DNA of 64,000 bases from Trueperaceae bacterium (GTDB lineage: Bacteria > Deinococcota > Deinococci > Deinococcales > Trueperaceae), in the NCBI GenBank assembly GCA_965213705.1, contig OZ243913.1:768001-832000 (forward strand), read 5' to 3'. Both the position numbers and the translations under genes were made by a program. This document shows, piece by piece, positions 44,046 through 53,840 of the stretch; position 1 is the first letter of the stretch; every line of letters begins with the position of its first letter. Below the pieces are notes generated by a model that made no database searches, was not told where the DNA came from, and was given only the letters and a program-made list of their open reading frames with translations.

Positions 44046-45281
44046 TTACTGCGAGTGTCCCGTCAAAGCGTCGAACTTGGTTTGCGCCTCGGCCAGCGCC
44101 TCGTCGACGGTTTGTTCGCCCAACAACACTTTGTTGATGGCGCTGTCGACGATTTCTTGCCAGCGCGGCCCGTAAGTGCCGAACTTGTAAGGCAAAACGT
44201 TCTCCATCTGCGCGGCTTCCAGCGACGTCCTAGCGAGTTCCGCGGCAGGGGTGTCGGCTTGAAAGTAAGGGTCGTCCTGCAACGCCTTGCGGCTCGGCAG
44301 GCTCGTACCGGCCGACAAGTTGATGCGCTGCGCCTCGGGGCTGAGCAGCGCCTCCATCACTTTTATAGCCGCTTCTTGGTCTGCGGTAGATTTGTTCAGG
44401 GCCCAGGCGTTGGTGAAGATGTAGTTGCCGCGCTCGCCCGTCACGGGGTCTTTGGGCAGCAGGGTCGTGCCGTAAACCAAGTTGGGCGCCTGGTCGTTCA
44501 AAAAGCCGGCAATCCACAATCCTTCGATGGCGACGGCGACCTGGTCGTTCGCGAAACAGCCGCCAGTCCAACCCGGACTGCCGACGACGTCTTGGGTGAT
44601 GCCCGCACCGTTCTCGACCAGACCTGTGTAAAACTCGAAGGCGCGGCGAAAATTATCGTCCAGTACGGTGCGTCCCTCGTCGTCGAAGGGCCGCCAACCG
44701 GTCGAGAAAGCGAACGCCCCGAGCCGGGCGAAGTCCGGCACGACGCACAGCCCGTAGGTGTCGTCGAGAGCGGACTGAACGGCGGCGAGCTTCTCCTGAA
44801 AAGTCTCCCAAGTGTCGTCCGCGTTCGGGTAGTCGACGCCCGCCTGGTCGAAAATGTCTTTGTTGTACTCCACGACCAGGTTGTTAAAGTCTTTAGGCAG
44901 CCCGTACAGTTCTCCGCCGACCAGGTAAGCGTCTTTGATGGTGTCGATAAAGGCGTCTTCGTATCCTGCGGGCAGCTTGTCGCCGACAGGGTCGATAGCG
45001 CCCGTGTCGATGACGCCGTTCGACCAGTAGATGTCGATGTAAAACAGGTCGGGCGCGGTGCCCGCCGAAAGCGCGTTGGTGATGTACTGGTTGAAGTCGC
45101 CGGGAATGGGCTCGTAAACGATGTCGATGTTTTCGCCCTCGAGCATGGGGCGAACCGCCTCGTCCAACACCTGGTTGACCTGCGAAGCGTCGCCGTCGAA
45201 ACCGGCGATGCGGATTTGGGTTTGCGCCTGAGCAAAACCCAACAAGGCGCTGAACGTAAGAAGCAGGGCGAGTTTTTTCAA
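44046..45281 (-). CDS. Sugar ABC substrate-binding protein
   Basis: Signal peptide, AGTAPDLF, YGLPKD, YNKDIFDQAGV; TTG with GGAGG RBS. Confidence 0.9.
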   Translation of the reverse strand: MKKLALLLTFSALLGFAQAQTQIRIAGFDGDASQVNQVLDEAVRPMLEGENIDIVYEPIPGDFNQYITNALSAGTAPDLFYIDIYWSNGVIDTGAIDPVGDKLPAGYEDAFIDTIKDAYLVGGELYGLPKDFNNLVVEYNKDIFDQAGVDYPNADDTWETFQEKLAAVQSALDDTYGLCVVPDFARLGAFAFSTGWRPFDDEGRTVLDDNFRRAFEFYTGLVENGAGITQDVVGSPGWTGGCFANDQVAVAIEGLWIAGFLNDQAPNLVYGTTLLPKDPVTGERGNYIFTNAWALNKSTADQEAAIKVMEALLSPEAQRINLSAGTSLPSRKALQDDPYFQADTPAAELARTSLEAAQMENVLPYKFGTYGPRWQEIVDSAINKVLLGEQTVDEALAEAQTKFDALTGHSQ

Positions 45282-45441
45282 GGTGTCCTCCAGGTTGAAA
45301 TAGACGAGGTGAAACAGACAGGGCGAAAAGGGTGGGGTGAATTGGACGCGGTGAGTTGGACGCGGTAAATTGAACGGGGTGAAAAAGGACCAGAAAACGA
45401 GCGGGTACAGCTTGGGCTACCCCTGATTCGGGTTGCCGTCC

Positions 45442-46452
45442 TCACCTCCTTCTGGCGGTCGTGCCGCGCACGACGAGTTGGACGGGCAGCTTGACGTGGC
45501 GGGGCGGTTTGCGCTCGAGGGCTTCTTTGATGAGGTCGACGGTCGTGGTGACGAAGGTCGCGATGTCTTGCCGAACGGTCGTAAACGTTTCGCCGATTTC
45601 GGGCAGGTCGTCGTAGCCGACCACCGAAACGTCGTCGGGCACCCTCAAACCCGCCTCTTCCACCGCGGCGATGGCGCCCTCGGCCATTTCGTCCGACAGG
45701 GCGAACACGGCGCTGAAGGCGGGGCCGTGTGCGAGCGCCCGGCTCACGCCTATAAACGCTCCCAAGGTCGTAAACTCGCCTTGCACCACCCGCTCGGACC
45801 CGTACGGAACGCCCGCCGCGGCGAGCGCGTCCGCAAAGCCTCGCTCGCGCTCGAACGCGGCTTGCCCGAGCGTCGTGAAGTGGGCCGTGCGCGCCCGCCC
45901 CGAGCCGCCCGTGACGACCAAGACCTCTTTGTGGTTCAGCCTGAGCAGGTGTTCAGCCGCCTGACGCCCCCCGTCGTAGTCGTCCGACGCGACGCTGTGG
46001 CTGTTGCCCACGTCGCCCAAAACGACGAAGGGAACGCCTCGCCCGAGCAGGTGAGCCACCCGCGGGTCGTCGTCGAGCAACCCCGTCAAAACCATCACGT
46101 CGGGGGTTTCTGCGGGCATCCCGTCGGCTCCGGTCGGAATGTCCGCGAAACGAAGACCCTGCTGGTAGAGTTCGCCGAAAAGCTGTTCGCGAAACACGGT
46201 GGCGAACGGCGTCAGGCGACGGTTGCCCTGGGAGGTGTTCAGTCCGACGTGCGTCACTTGCCGAAGCCCCAGTTCGCGCGCGGTCAGGTTCGGGATGTAG
46301 TTGAGCTTCTGGATGGTCTCGAGCACCGCCGCCTTGGTCCGCGTCTTGACGCCGGGACGGTTGTTGAGCACCCGGCTCACCGTCGACGCGGAAACACCCG
46401 CCGCCGCCGCGACCGCGTGGATGGTTTGTTTGTTTGCCGGCGCTTCAGCCAT
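45442..46452 (-). CDS. LacI-family transcriptional regulator
   Basis: TIHAVAAAAGVSASTVSRVLN, VPDDVSVVGYDD, LVVRGT. Confidence 0.93.
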   Translation of the reverse strand: MAEAPANKQTIHAVAAAAGVSASTVSRVLNNRPGVKTRTKAAVLETIQKLNYIPNLTARELGLRQVTHVGLNTSQGNRRLTPFATVFREQLFGELYQQGLRFADIPTGADGMPAETPDVMVLTGLLDDDPRVAHLLGRGVPFVVLGDVGNSHSVASDDYDGGRQAAEHLLRLNHKEVLVVTGGSGRARTAHFTTLGQAAFERERGFADALAAAGVPYGSERVVQGEFTTLGAFIGVSRALAHGPAFSAVFALSDEMAEGAIAAVEEAGLRVPDDVSVVGYDDLPEIGETFTTVRQDIATFVTTTVDLIKEALERKPPRHVKLPVQLVVRGTTARRR

Positions 46453-46493
46453 CACGGCGTCCCTTCTGGAAAGTGCGGCTGGTCTCAACTTAC

Positions 46494-46511
46494 TTTGAAA
46501 CCGCTTTCAAA
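46494..46511. promoter_or_regulatory. Putative LacI-family operator 1
   Basis: Palindrome TTTGAAA-CCGC-TTTCAAA downstream of the lacI-like promoter; repeated at 46672. Confidence 0.7.
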
Positions 46512-46525
46512 ATGTTGGTAAGCAA

Positions 46526-46555
46526 AATATAAGCCAAGGCCTCGGGCCTTGTCAA
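46526..46555 (-). promoter_or_regulatory. Sigma70-type promoter for the leftward lacI/ABC operon
   Basis: TTGACA-18 nt-TATATT on the minus strand. Confidence 0.6.
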
Positions 46556-46671
46556 TAGCGGTCAGGTCTGGAGGGATATGGTCCTCTACGTGATGATGTG
46601 CCAGGGTACTGGACAATGTTATCTTGGTGTGTGGAAGAGGGTAGGGTGGACACTCCCACCGATAAGCAACT

Positions 46672-46686
46672 TTTGAAACCGCTTTC
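46672..46686. promoter_or_regulatory. Putative LacI-family operator 2
   Basis: TTTGAAACCGCTTTC, identical 15-mer to operator 1, just upstream of the glycoside hydrolase RBS. Confidence 0.68.
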
Positions 46687-46717
46687 TATATTCGAATTCA
46701 CTTCGACGGAGGCTCAA

Positions 46718-48490
46718 ATGACTTTTAGAACTGACCGCGTTCCTTTCAGCCTGTTTGGGTCTTATTTGTCGCTTTCCGCGCTCAAACAAGGCTCTGTCCC
46801 GCCGACCGACCCCGCAGCTCTCTACTTGCGGACGCACCGGGGCGGCGGCCGCTCGGTGCTGCAGCTGGAAGTCATGCAGGGCACCAACCCCGTCAAGCTC
46901 GAGCCGCGAGCGAGTCCAAACCTGTTGCGTTTGGAAAACGAGCAAGGCTTTGTGGAGGTTTGCTTTGCGGGCGTGAGTACCCTGAGGTTGCGCGGCCGGG
47001 GCCTGGGTTTACGATTTGTTCCCCTGTTTCCCACGGTTCTCTACAGCGCCGCGGCAGACACCTTTACCCTGAATATTTTGGCGGCCAGGGAGCAGTACCG
47101 CGTGGCCGCCCTTAGCGGTGAACTGAGCGCTCGAGGTTTTTACGGCGAAAAAGGTGACAAAAACATAGCAGTCGGCAGCGCTGGAGACGACAAAAACACG
47201 GGCGACGTGCAAAGGGGCGACGCCGAAGGGAATGGCGTGGAAACTGTTAGCGAACACGCGGTCAGCGTGACCATTGCCGGCGTGAGCGTTGCAGAGGCGT
47301 GGGAGGTGTCGCTGCAAGGTTTCGGCAGTACGCCCGGCCCCGAACCGCAGCAGTCTTTTGAAAGCTGTTTGGAGGGTCGGCGCTCGGCTTTTCAGACGTG
47401 GCTGGGCGGGTTGCCGGCGGTGCCGGAAAGGTTTGCAGAGGCTCGTGAGCTGGCGGGTTACGTGCTGTACTCGAGCGCCGTCGCACCTTCTGGTTTGTTC
47501 AAGCGCCCGGCGCTGCTCATGTCTAAAAATTGGATGGACTACGTGTGGAGTTGGGACCACTGTTTCAACGCGCTCGCGCTCGCGCCCGGTCACCCTGGCC
47601 TCGCCTGGGACCAGTTGCTGCTCATGGCCGACCAACAAGACGAGCACGGCGCTTACCCCGACGCCTACAACAGCGACCACGCCGTCTACAACTTCGCCAA
47701 ACCTCCCGTTCACGGCTGGGCCACGCTGGAACTGTTGAAACGAAGTCCCGCGCCCGTCCCAGACGAGACGCTTCGGGCGATTTACACGTCGTTGGCCCGC
47801 TGGACGGCCTGGTGGCTGGACCACCGCGTTTTGCCCGGCGAGCAGCTTCCCTTTTACCTGCACGGCAACGACAGCGGCTGGGACAACAGCACCGTGTTCG
47901 ACCGCGGCGTGCCGCTCATGACGCCGGACTTGAGCGCTTACCTCGTTTTGCAACTCGAAGCGCTCGGCCGTTTGGCGCGCGTCTTAAACGACCCCGCCGA
48001 GGCCGACTGGGTTTTCAGGGCGAATCATCTTATGGAGCGTCTGCTCGCCGAGCTGTGGCAAGAAGACCGCTTTGTCGCGAAACACGCGGGCGGTGAGCGG
48101 GTCGGTTCGCAGAGCCTACTCCTGAACATGCCCGTCGTTTTGGGACGGCGCTTGCCCGAGAGCGTTCGCGCCGCGCTGAAAGACAACATCATGCGTTTCG
48201 AGACGGCGCACGGCCTGGCGACCGAAGTGCCGCAGAGTGGCGAGTACCGGCCCGACGGGTACTGGCGCGGCCCCATGTGGGCACCCGCGACCTACCTCGT
48301 TTGTAAGGGCCTCGAGCAGGGCGGTTTTGCAGAACCGGCAAACCGTATCGCTGAAAAGTTTTGCGCCACTTGCGCCGCGAGCGGTTTCGCCGAGAACTTC
48401 GACGCCCTGTCCGGCGCGGGTCTGCGCGACCGCGCCTACACCTGGACGGCGAGCGTGTTTTTGCTGCTGGGGTCGGGTTTGACCGACTAG
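46718..48490 (+). CDS. Glycoside hydrolase, (alpha/alpha)6 GH63/MGH1-like
   Basis: VWSWDHCF, KPPVHG, NDSGWDNS, YWRGPMW, FAENFD; ATG 46718 with GGAGG. Confidence 0.85.
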   Translation: MTFRTDRVPFSLFGSYLSLSALKQGSVPPTDPAALYLRTHRGGGRSVLQLEVMQGTNPVKLEPRASPNLLRLENEQGFVEVCFAGVSTLRLRGRGLGLRFVPLFPTVLYSAAADTFTLNILAAREQYRVAALSGELSARGFYGEKGDKNIAVGSAGDDKNTGDVQRGDAEGNGVETVSEHAVSVTIAGVSVAEAWEVSLQGFGSTPGPEPQQSFESCLEGRRSAFQTWLGGLPAVPERFAEARELAGYVLYSSAVAPSGLFKRPALLMSKNWMDYVWSWDHCFNALALAPGHPGLAWDQLLLMADQQDEHGAYPDAYNSDHAVYNFAKPPVHGWATLELLKRSPAPVPDETLRAIYTSLARWTAWWLDHRVLPGEQLPFYLHGNDSGWDNSTVFDRGVPLMTPDLSAYLVLQLEALGRLARVLNDPAEADWVFRANHLMERLLAELWQEDRFVAKHAGGERVGSQSLLLNMPVVLGRRLPESVRAALKDNIMRFETAHGLATEVPQSGEYRPDGYWRGPMWAPATYLVCKGLEQGGFAEPANRIAEKFCATCAASGFAENFDALSGAGLRDRAYTWTASVFLLLGSGLTD

Positions 48491-48524
48491 GGTTCGTCCG
48501 AATAGGCGCGCTCGCAAAAAGCGC

Positions 48525-49772
48525 TTACTTGTGTACCCGCACAACCCTCTCCTCGAGCCGCGCCGTCTCGGCCGCGAACGCCATAAGGTGAGACTCGAGG
48601 CTTTCGGCGGGACCTGACAAAAGCGTGTTGCCGTTGCCCGTCCTGACGGCCTCGACAAACGCGTCGACGAGCCCTTCGTCCCCGCCGCCGTGGCCCTCGA
48701 CGATGCTGAGGGGGTCGACGTGCGCGTGGGTGTCGACGAACACCGTCTGCTCGCTCAAAAAGTCCGTCACCGCGAGGGTTCGACCGTCACCGTAAATTTC
48801 TCCCCTGGTGCCGAACAGGTGTGTCGACCGGGGACGGGGCACGTTGAAAGCGGTCATCGTCAGGGCCGCCGTCTTGCCGCTGGCAAAGACCATGTTGACG
48901 ACTTGGTGGTCGACGACGTTGTTGTCGCACTCGTAAACGCAGCGACCGTAGGGGCCGGCGAGCGCGCGGCGCACGCCGGCCTCGGTCAAGTCGAGCGTGA
49001 CGGCGCTGAGCGGCATTCCGGTTTTGCCCGCTCGCAAAAGCCCCGAGTAAAAGCGCTCGGCGGAATAGGGACAGTCGGGCTCGTAGGCGCACTCCGTGCA
49101 GCGTACGGCCTCGCCTGCGGCCGTGGGTTTGTGCTCTTTTTTGAAGTGGTAGAGGTTTCCGAACGAGGACACCTTGCTGCAGGGCTCGGCCATGACGTAG
49201 CGAATCCAGTCGAGGTCGTGGCAGGCTTTAGCCAACAGCATAAACGAAGACGTTTCGGCGTTTCGCCAGTTCCCGCGCACGTAAGAGTGAGCCTGGTGCC
49301 AGTAGCCTACCGGCTCGAGCCGCTGCAGGGACACCAGCTCACCGACCGCCCCTTCTGCGAGCAACTTTTTTAGGGTTGCCGTGTAAGGCGTGTAACGCAG
49401 AACGTGGCCCACGGCCATCAGCACTCCCGCTCGCTCTACGGCGCCGACGATGTCACGGCATTCCTGCTCGGTCGGGGCCATCGGTTTCTCGAGCAACAGG
49501 TGGTAGCCCTTGTCGACCAAGTTGATAGCTGGCTGGGCGTGCTCGGCGTCCGGCAGGGCAACCGCAACTGCGTCGGCCAGGCGTTCCCGACTTGCCAACT
49601 TGCGCCAGCTGGTAAACGTTTCGGCTTCGGGATGGTGTTTGGCAAGCCTTGCCAGGGCGTCCGGTCTGGGTTCGGCTATCGCGACGACTTTCAACTTGTC
49701 GGGATGACGAAGCGCGTAGTCGGCGTAGACGGTTCCCCGGTTGCCCGCTCCGAGAATTGCTAGGGTTACCAT
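48525..49772 (-). CDS. Gfo/Idh/MocA family oxidoreductase
   Basis: LGAGNRG, LLEKP, HSYVRGNWR, KACHDLD, GHGGGD. Confidence 0.9.
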   Translation of the reverse strand: MVTLAILGAGNRGTVYADYALRHPDKLKVVAIAEPRPDALARLAKHHPEAETFTSWRKLASRERLADAVAVALPDAEHAQPAINLVDKGYHLLLEKPMAPTEQECRDIVGAVERAGVLMAVGHVLRYTPYTATLKKLLAEGAVGELVSLQRLEPVGYWHQAHSYVRGNWRNAETSSFMLLAKACHDLDWIRYVMAEPCSKVSSFGNLYHFKKEHKPTAAGEAVRCTECAYEPDCPYSAERFYSGLLRAGKTGMPLSAVTLDLTEAGVRRALAGPYGRCVYECDNNVVDHQVVNMVFASGKTAALTMTAFNVPRPRSTHLFGTRGEIYGDGRTLAVTDFLSEQTVFVDTHAHVDPLSIVEGHGGGDEGLVDAFVEAVRTGNGNTLLSGPAESLESHLMAFAAETARLEERVVRVHK

Positions 49773-49828
49773 TTTTTCCTCTCTAAATAACCTTTTCTCA
49801 TTTGTTTCTTATTATTTATAGCTAGCTA

Positions 49829-49884
49829 TTGACAGGCACTATAAAGGTAGTTTATGGTTTGTGCAAGTTACAAAAACGTTTTCG
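49829..49884 (+). promoter_or_regulatory. Sigma70-type promoter plus putative LacI operator for the rightward ABC operon
   Basis: TTGACA-18 nt-TATGGT in an AT-rich tract, followed by palindrome AAAACGTTTT at 49873-49882. Confidence 0.6.
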
Positions 49885-50048
49885 CTTTTTGGTTGTCTGC
49901 CGGTGAACACTCAAGCGTGACCACGACGAGAGTTTTTGAGAGGTGGTGAACTTTTCACAAGTCGGCTGCTAAACCGCCGGTTTCAACCGGCGAACACGCC
50001 ACGCAACTTGGCATCACGCAACTTGGCATCACGCAACCTGGAGGAACG

Positions 50049-51266
50049 ATGAAAAAGTCGGGTTTGGTTTTAAGTTTAACGCTTGCAGCGCTTTTCAGCT
50101 TCGTCTCGGCGCAGACGACGGTGCGCTTGGCCGGATTCGACGGGGACGCCAACAGCATGGCCGCCCTGCTCGACGCCGTCGTCAACCCCGCCCTGGCCGA
50201 CGACGGCGTCGTCGCCGTGTTCGAGCCGTTGCCGGACTTTCAGCAACAACTCACCAACAGCCTGTCGGCGGGCACGGCCGCCGACCTGTTTTTTGTGGAC
50301 ATTTTGTGGTCCGAAGCCATTTTCGGCACGGGTGCGGTGGCACCTTTGGAAAGCGTGGACACGTCCGCCTACTTGCCCAACTTGGTCGAAGCGTTTACGT
50401 TCGAAGGCACGACGTTCGGGATTCCCAAAGACTTCAACACCTTGGGCGTCGAGTACAACAAAGACATCTTCGACGACGCAGGCGTCGAGTACCCGGACGC
50501 CGACGACACTTGGGACGACTTCAAACAAAAACTCGTCGCCGTTCAGTCGGCACTCGACGACACTTACGGCGTGTGCGTCATTCCCGAAATGGCGCGTTTT
50601 GGGACTTTCGCGTTCGCGACGGGCTGGGAACCTTTCAACGCGGACGGCCACACCGACCTCGACGCCGACTTTAGACGAGCTTTCGAATTCTACACCGGGC
50701 TCGTCGCCGACGGGGCCGGCGTCACCCAAGACGTCGTCGGCAGCCCGGGTTGGGGCGGCGGCTGTTTTGCGACCGACCAGGTTGCGGTGACCGTTGAGGG
50801 CAGTTGGCTGGCCGGCTTTTTGCGCGACCAAGCCCCCAACTTAGTGTACGGCACGACCCTTATACCCAAAGACCCCGTCACGGGCGAGCGCGGCAACTTT
50901 ATTTACACCGTGTCTTGGAGCGTCAACAAAAATGCAGACCAAGAGGCGGCCCTCAAGGTGCTGAAGGCGCTTACCAGTGAAGAGGCGCAGCAGTACGTGC
51001 TCGAGCAGGGCTTAGCCATCCCGAGCATTGCGGCCTTGGGCGACAACCCCTACTTTGCGGCCGACGACAAAGAGGCCGAAATCAAACGGGTCATTTTTGA
51101 GGGTGCCAGCGACGGCAACGTGTTGCCTTACAAGTTTGGAAGCTATGGCGGTGACTGGGAAGCAATCGTCAACGACGCCCTCAGCGCGGTGTTGCTCGGT
51201 GAGCGCTCGGTCGACGAGGCGTTGGCGGAGGCGCAAGTAAGGCTGGACAGCCTGACCGGCAGGTAA
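50049..51266 (+). CDS. Sugar ABC substrate-binding protein (paralogue of 44046-45281)
   Basis: Signal peptide, AGTAADLF, EYNKDIFDDAGV, shared blocks TQDVVGSPGW and PKDPVTGERGN. Confidence 0.9.
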   Translation: MKKSGLVLSLTLAALFSFVSAQTTVRLAGFDGDANSMAALLDAVVNPALADDGVVAVFEPLPDFQQQLTNSLSAGTAADLFFVDILWSEAIFGTGAVAPLESVDTSAYLPNLVEAFTFEGTTFGIPKDFNTLGVEYNKDIFDDAGVEYPDADDTWDDFKQKLVAVQSALDDTYGVCVIPEMARFGTFAFATGWEPFNADGHTDLDADFRRAFEFYTGLVADGAGVTQDVVGSPGWGGGCFATDQVAVTVEGSWLAGFLRDQAPNLVYGTTLIPKDPVTGERGNFIYTVSWSVNKNADQEAALKVLKALTSEEAQQYVLEQGLAIPSIAALGDNPYFAADDKEAEIKRVIFEGASDGNVLPYKFGSYGGDWEAIVNDALSAVLLGERSVDEALAEAQVRLDSLTGR

Positions 51267-51317
51267 GTTGGGTCGGGGCGGTTGGCCCGGGGTCGACCGC
51301 CCCCCGACGGAGGTCTG

Positions 51318-52412
51318 ATGAAACGCAGTTGGCGCGACGCCTACCACGCTTTTTTGTTTCTCGCCCCCTTTTTATTTTCTTTCACGGTCTTTTTTCTTTA
51401 CGCTTTTTTCAACGCGTTTCGTTACTCGTTTACCAGTTACAACCTGTTCAACACGCCCGCTTGGGTAGCTTTTGCAAACTACGGGCGGGTGCTGGGCGAC
51501 CCGCTTTTTTTGAAAGCCCTCGTTAACACCCTGTCGTACTCGCTCATCGTGACCGCCCTCCAGGTCTTTTTGGCGTTGCTGCTGGCGACTTTGCTCAACC
51601 AACGGTTGCGCGGGATTGCTTTTTTCCGCACGCTTTACTACCTGCCGAGCGTGCTCTCGAGCGCCGCCGTGACCCTCATCTTTTTGTGGCTGTGGCAGCG
51701 CAACGGCTTTATCAACGCCAGCTTGTCCTGGCTCAACCGGCATCTCTGGTTTATCGCGGCCTTTTTGCTGTTGCTGGGTTTGTGTCAAGTCACGCTCGTC
51801 ACAGTCGAGCGGCGCAGGTCCCGGCCGGCGGATTTCGGCGACCCGGCCTTGGGAACCATCGCGCTGCTGTTCGCGGCGGTCGCCGTCGGCGTTTTGACGG
51901 TGACGGGGTTTTTAGAGCTTCGCCCCGTGGCCGCCGTCGACCGCGTTTGGTTGAATACAAGAGAAACTTTTTTGGGCCTGCCCGTGCCGCTCTGGGCTAT
52001 CATGATTCAAAACATCTACACCACCATTCCCGGTTTTATGCTTTTGTTTTTGGCCGGATTGCAAGACGTACCCCGAAGTCTGTTGGAGGCGGCGGCCATA
52101 GACGGAGCCACGCGGGCCCAGAGGTTTTGGCGCGTCACCGTGCCCTTGCTGCGCCCCGTCACCTTTTTGGTGGTGACCTTGTCGCTCATCGGGACGCTGC
52201 AACTTTTCGACCAAGTCGCTATTTACGGGGCCAACATCCCGCTCGAGTCGCGGGTTACGCTCGCTTATTACGTGTACGACGCGGCTTTTCCGTCCGCCTC
52301 GGCGAGCCGCATCGGGGAGGCGTCGGCCGCCGCCATTTTGTTGGGTTTGCTGACCCTGGCCGTCGTTTTTCTGCAGCGCTTTGTGGGTATTCGCGCCGAA
52401 AGTAGGGCGTGA
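51318..52412 (+). CDS. Carbohydrate ABC permease (MalF-like)
   Basis: SFTSY, EAAAIDGA, QLFDQ; ATG 51318 with GGAGG. Confidence 0.9.
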   Translation: MKRSWRDAYHAFLFLAPFLFSFTVFFLYAFFNAFRYSFTSYNLFNTPAWVAFANYGRVLGDPLFLKALVNTLSYSLIVTALQVFLALLLATLLNQRLRGIAFFRTLYYLPSVLSSAAVTLIFLWLWQRNGFINASLSWLNRHLWFIAAFLLLLGLCQVTLVTVERRRSRPADFGDPALGTIALLFAAVAVGVLTVTGFLELRPVAAVDRVWLNTRETFLGLPVPLWAIMIQNIYTTIPGFMLLFLAGLQDVPRSLLEAAAIDGATRAQRFWRVTVPLLRPVTFLVVTLSLIGTLQLFDQVAIYGANIPLESRVTLAYYVYDAAFPSASASRIGEASAAAILLGLLTLAVVFLQRFVGIRAESRA

Positions 52413-53818
52413 ACGCGCTTAGCGGACGCGCCCCCCGCGAACTCGCCCGCCGGCGCTGGGCGGCGGCTTGGCTTTACGGCCTGCTGCTGGCGCTCGGCGT
52501 CGCTTTTGTGGGTGTTATTTACGTGGGCTTCGTGGCGAGTCTCAAGACCGACCCGCTCGAGCAGCCGTTCAGCCTGAGCACGCCTCAACTGAACCCGACA
52601 AACTGGCTTGTCGCGGCGCGTTTGGGGCGCGCGGGTGCCGGCAACCGCTGGTTGGGCGGGTTCGGGCCTGCCGGCGACGTCACCTTTAGGGTCCAGTACT
52701 TTGTGCCCGCAGGAGCGTCCGAGCCGCTGCGAGTGAGCGTGCCCAAGCGAAATCCTGGGTCCCGCATCGTGACGTTGCGGCCCCCCGTCTTCGCCGCCGA
52801 CTTTGCGGAAACTACCGTCACCGAAGTGGTTGGCGAAAACCTCGGGCGTCCCGACCCGGAGACCGCCGCGCGCCTGGGGCCGGGCGTGCTGACTAACTAC
52901 GACGTCCGGGTGCGGGCGACCGGGTCGGCTCGCTACGCGCAGCGTTTGCCTTTGGACATCGAGACGCCGCGCGGTTACGTGTTGACGCAGTCCACGCTCC
53001 CGCCCGACCGGATAGAAAGGCGGGGGCGCGTCGCGTCGTGGGACACGCTGACGCCGGGGGTGACCGGCTACGTCCTCAAAAACTACGTGCGCGCTTTCAG
53101 GGAAAGCTACGACGACGCGACCTCTCAAAGTCTGCTCTGGCGCTGGACTCTCAACACGTTCGTGTTCGCCGCGGCGCGCGTGTTGGCGGCATTGCTGTTC
53201 GCTTCGATGGCGGGTTACGCCCTGGCCCGGCTGAGGTTTCCGGGTAGGCGTGGGCTGTTCGTCCTGGTTTTGTTCAGCATGACCATCCCCGTTCAGGTCA
53301 CGTTTATTTCCAACTACCTCGTCTTGCGCGACGGCATTTTCGGGCTGAGCCGCTTGTTCGGCGCGGACACGCTGCTGAACAGCTTGGCCGGTCTCGTTGT
53401 CGGCGGCTCCGGCTCGACCGCGCTGGTGGGGGCCAGCGCGGTGTTCATCATGAAGCAGTTCTTCGAGTCCGTCCCGAGGGAATTAGAAGAGGCCGCAGAA
53501 CTCGACGGGGCGGGCGTCTTCACGACGTTTTTCAGGATTATCCTGCCCGTGGCGACGCCCGCGCTGGGCGCGCTCACCATCTTGACTTTTCAAGGTGCCT
53601 GGAACGACTTTTTTTGGCCGCTGGTCGTGATGACCTCGCGCGACAACATCACCCTGCCGGTCGGCCTGCTCACCTTCAGCAAGGCTTACGGCCCCGCCGG
53701 AGACTGGGGGCTTGTGCTGGCGAGCGCGTTCTTCTCGGTGTTGCCGGTTGTGGTACTCTTCGCTGTCTTTCAGAGGTATTTTATAGAAGGCGTGTCGTTC
53801 TCAGGCCTCAAAGGATGA
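52409..53818 (+). CDS. Carbohydrate ABC permease (MalG-like, large insertion)
   Basis: EEAAELDGA, WNDFFWPL, GLKG; GTGA overlap. Confidence 0.9.
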   Translation: MNALSGRAPRELARRRWAAAWLYGLLLALGVAFVGVIYVGFVASLKTDPLEQPFSLSTPQLNPTNWLVAARLGRAGAGNRWLGGFGPAGDVTFRVQYFVPAGASEPLRVSVPKRNPGSRIVTLRPPVFAADFAETTVTEVVGENLGRPDPETAARLGPGVLTNYDVRVRATGSARYAQRLPLDIETPRGYVLTQSTLPPDRIERRGRVASWDTLTPGVTGYVLKNYVRAFRESYDDATSQSLLWRWTLNTFVFAAARVLAALLFASMAGYALARLRFPGRRGLFVLVLFSMTIPVQVTFISNYLVLRDGIFGLSRLFGADTLLNSLAGLVVGGSGSTALVGASAVFIMKQFFESVPRELEEAAELDGAGVFTTFFRIILPVATPALGALTILTFQGAWNDFFWPLVVMTSRDNITLPVGLLTFSKAYGPAGDWGLVLASAFFSVLPVVVLFAVFQRYFIEGVSFSGLKG

Positions 53819-53840
53819 CGCAAACCGAGGGGAAACGGCG

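Noticed and set aside
41120..50044. Short tandem repeats as CRISPR arrays
   Set aside because: Units are 15 bp and directly adjacent with no spacers; no cas genes in the window
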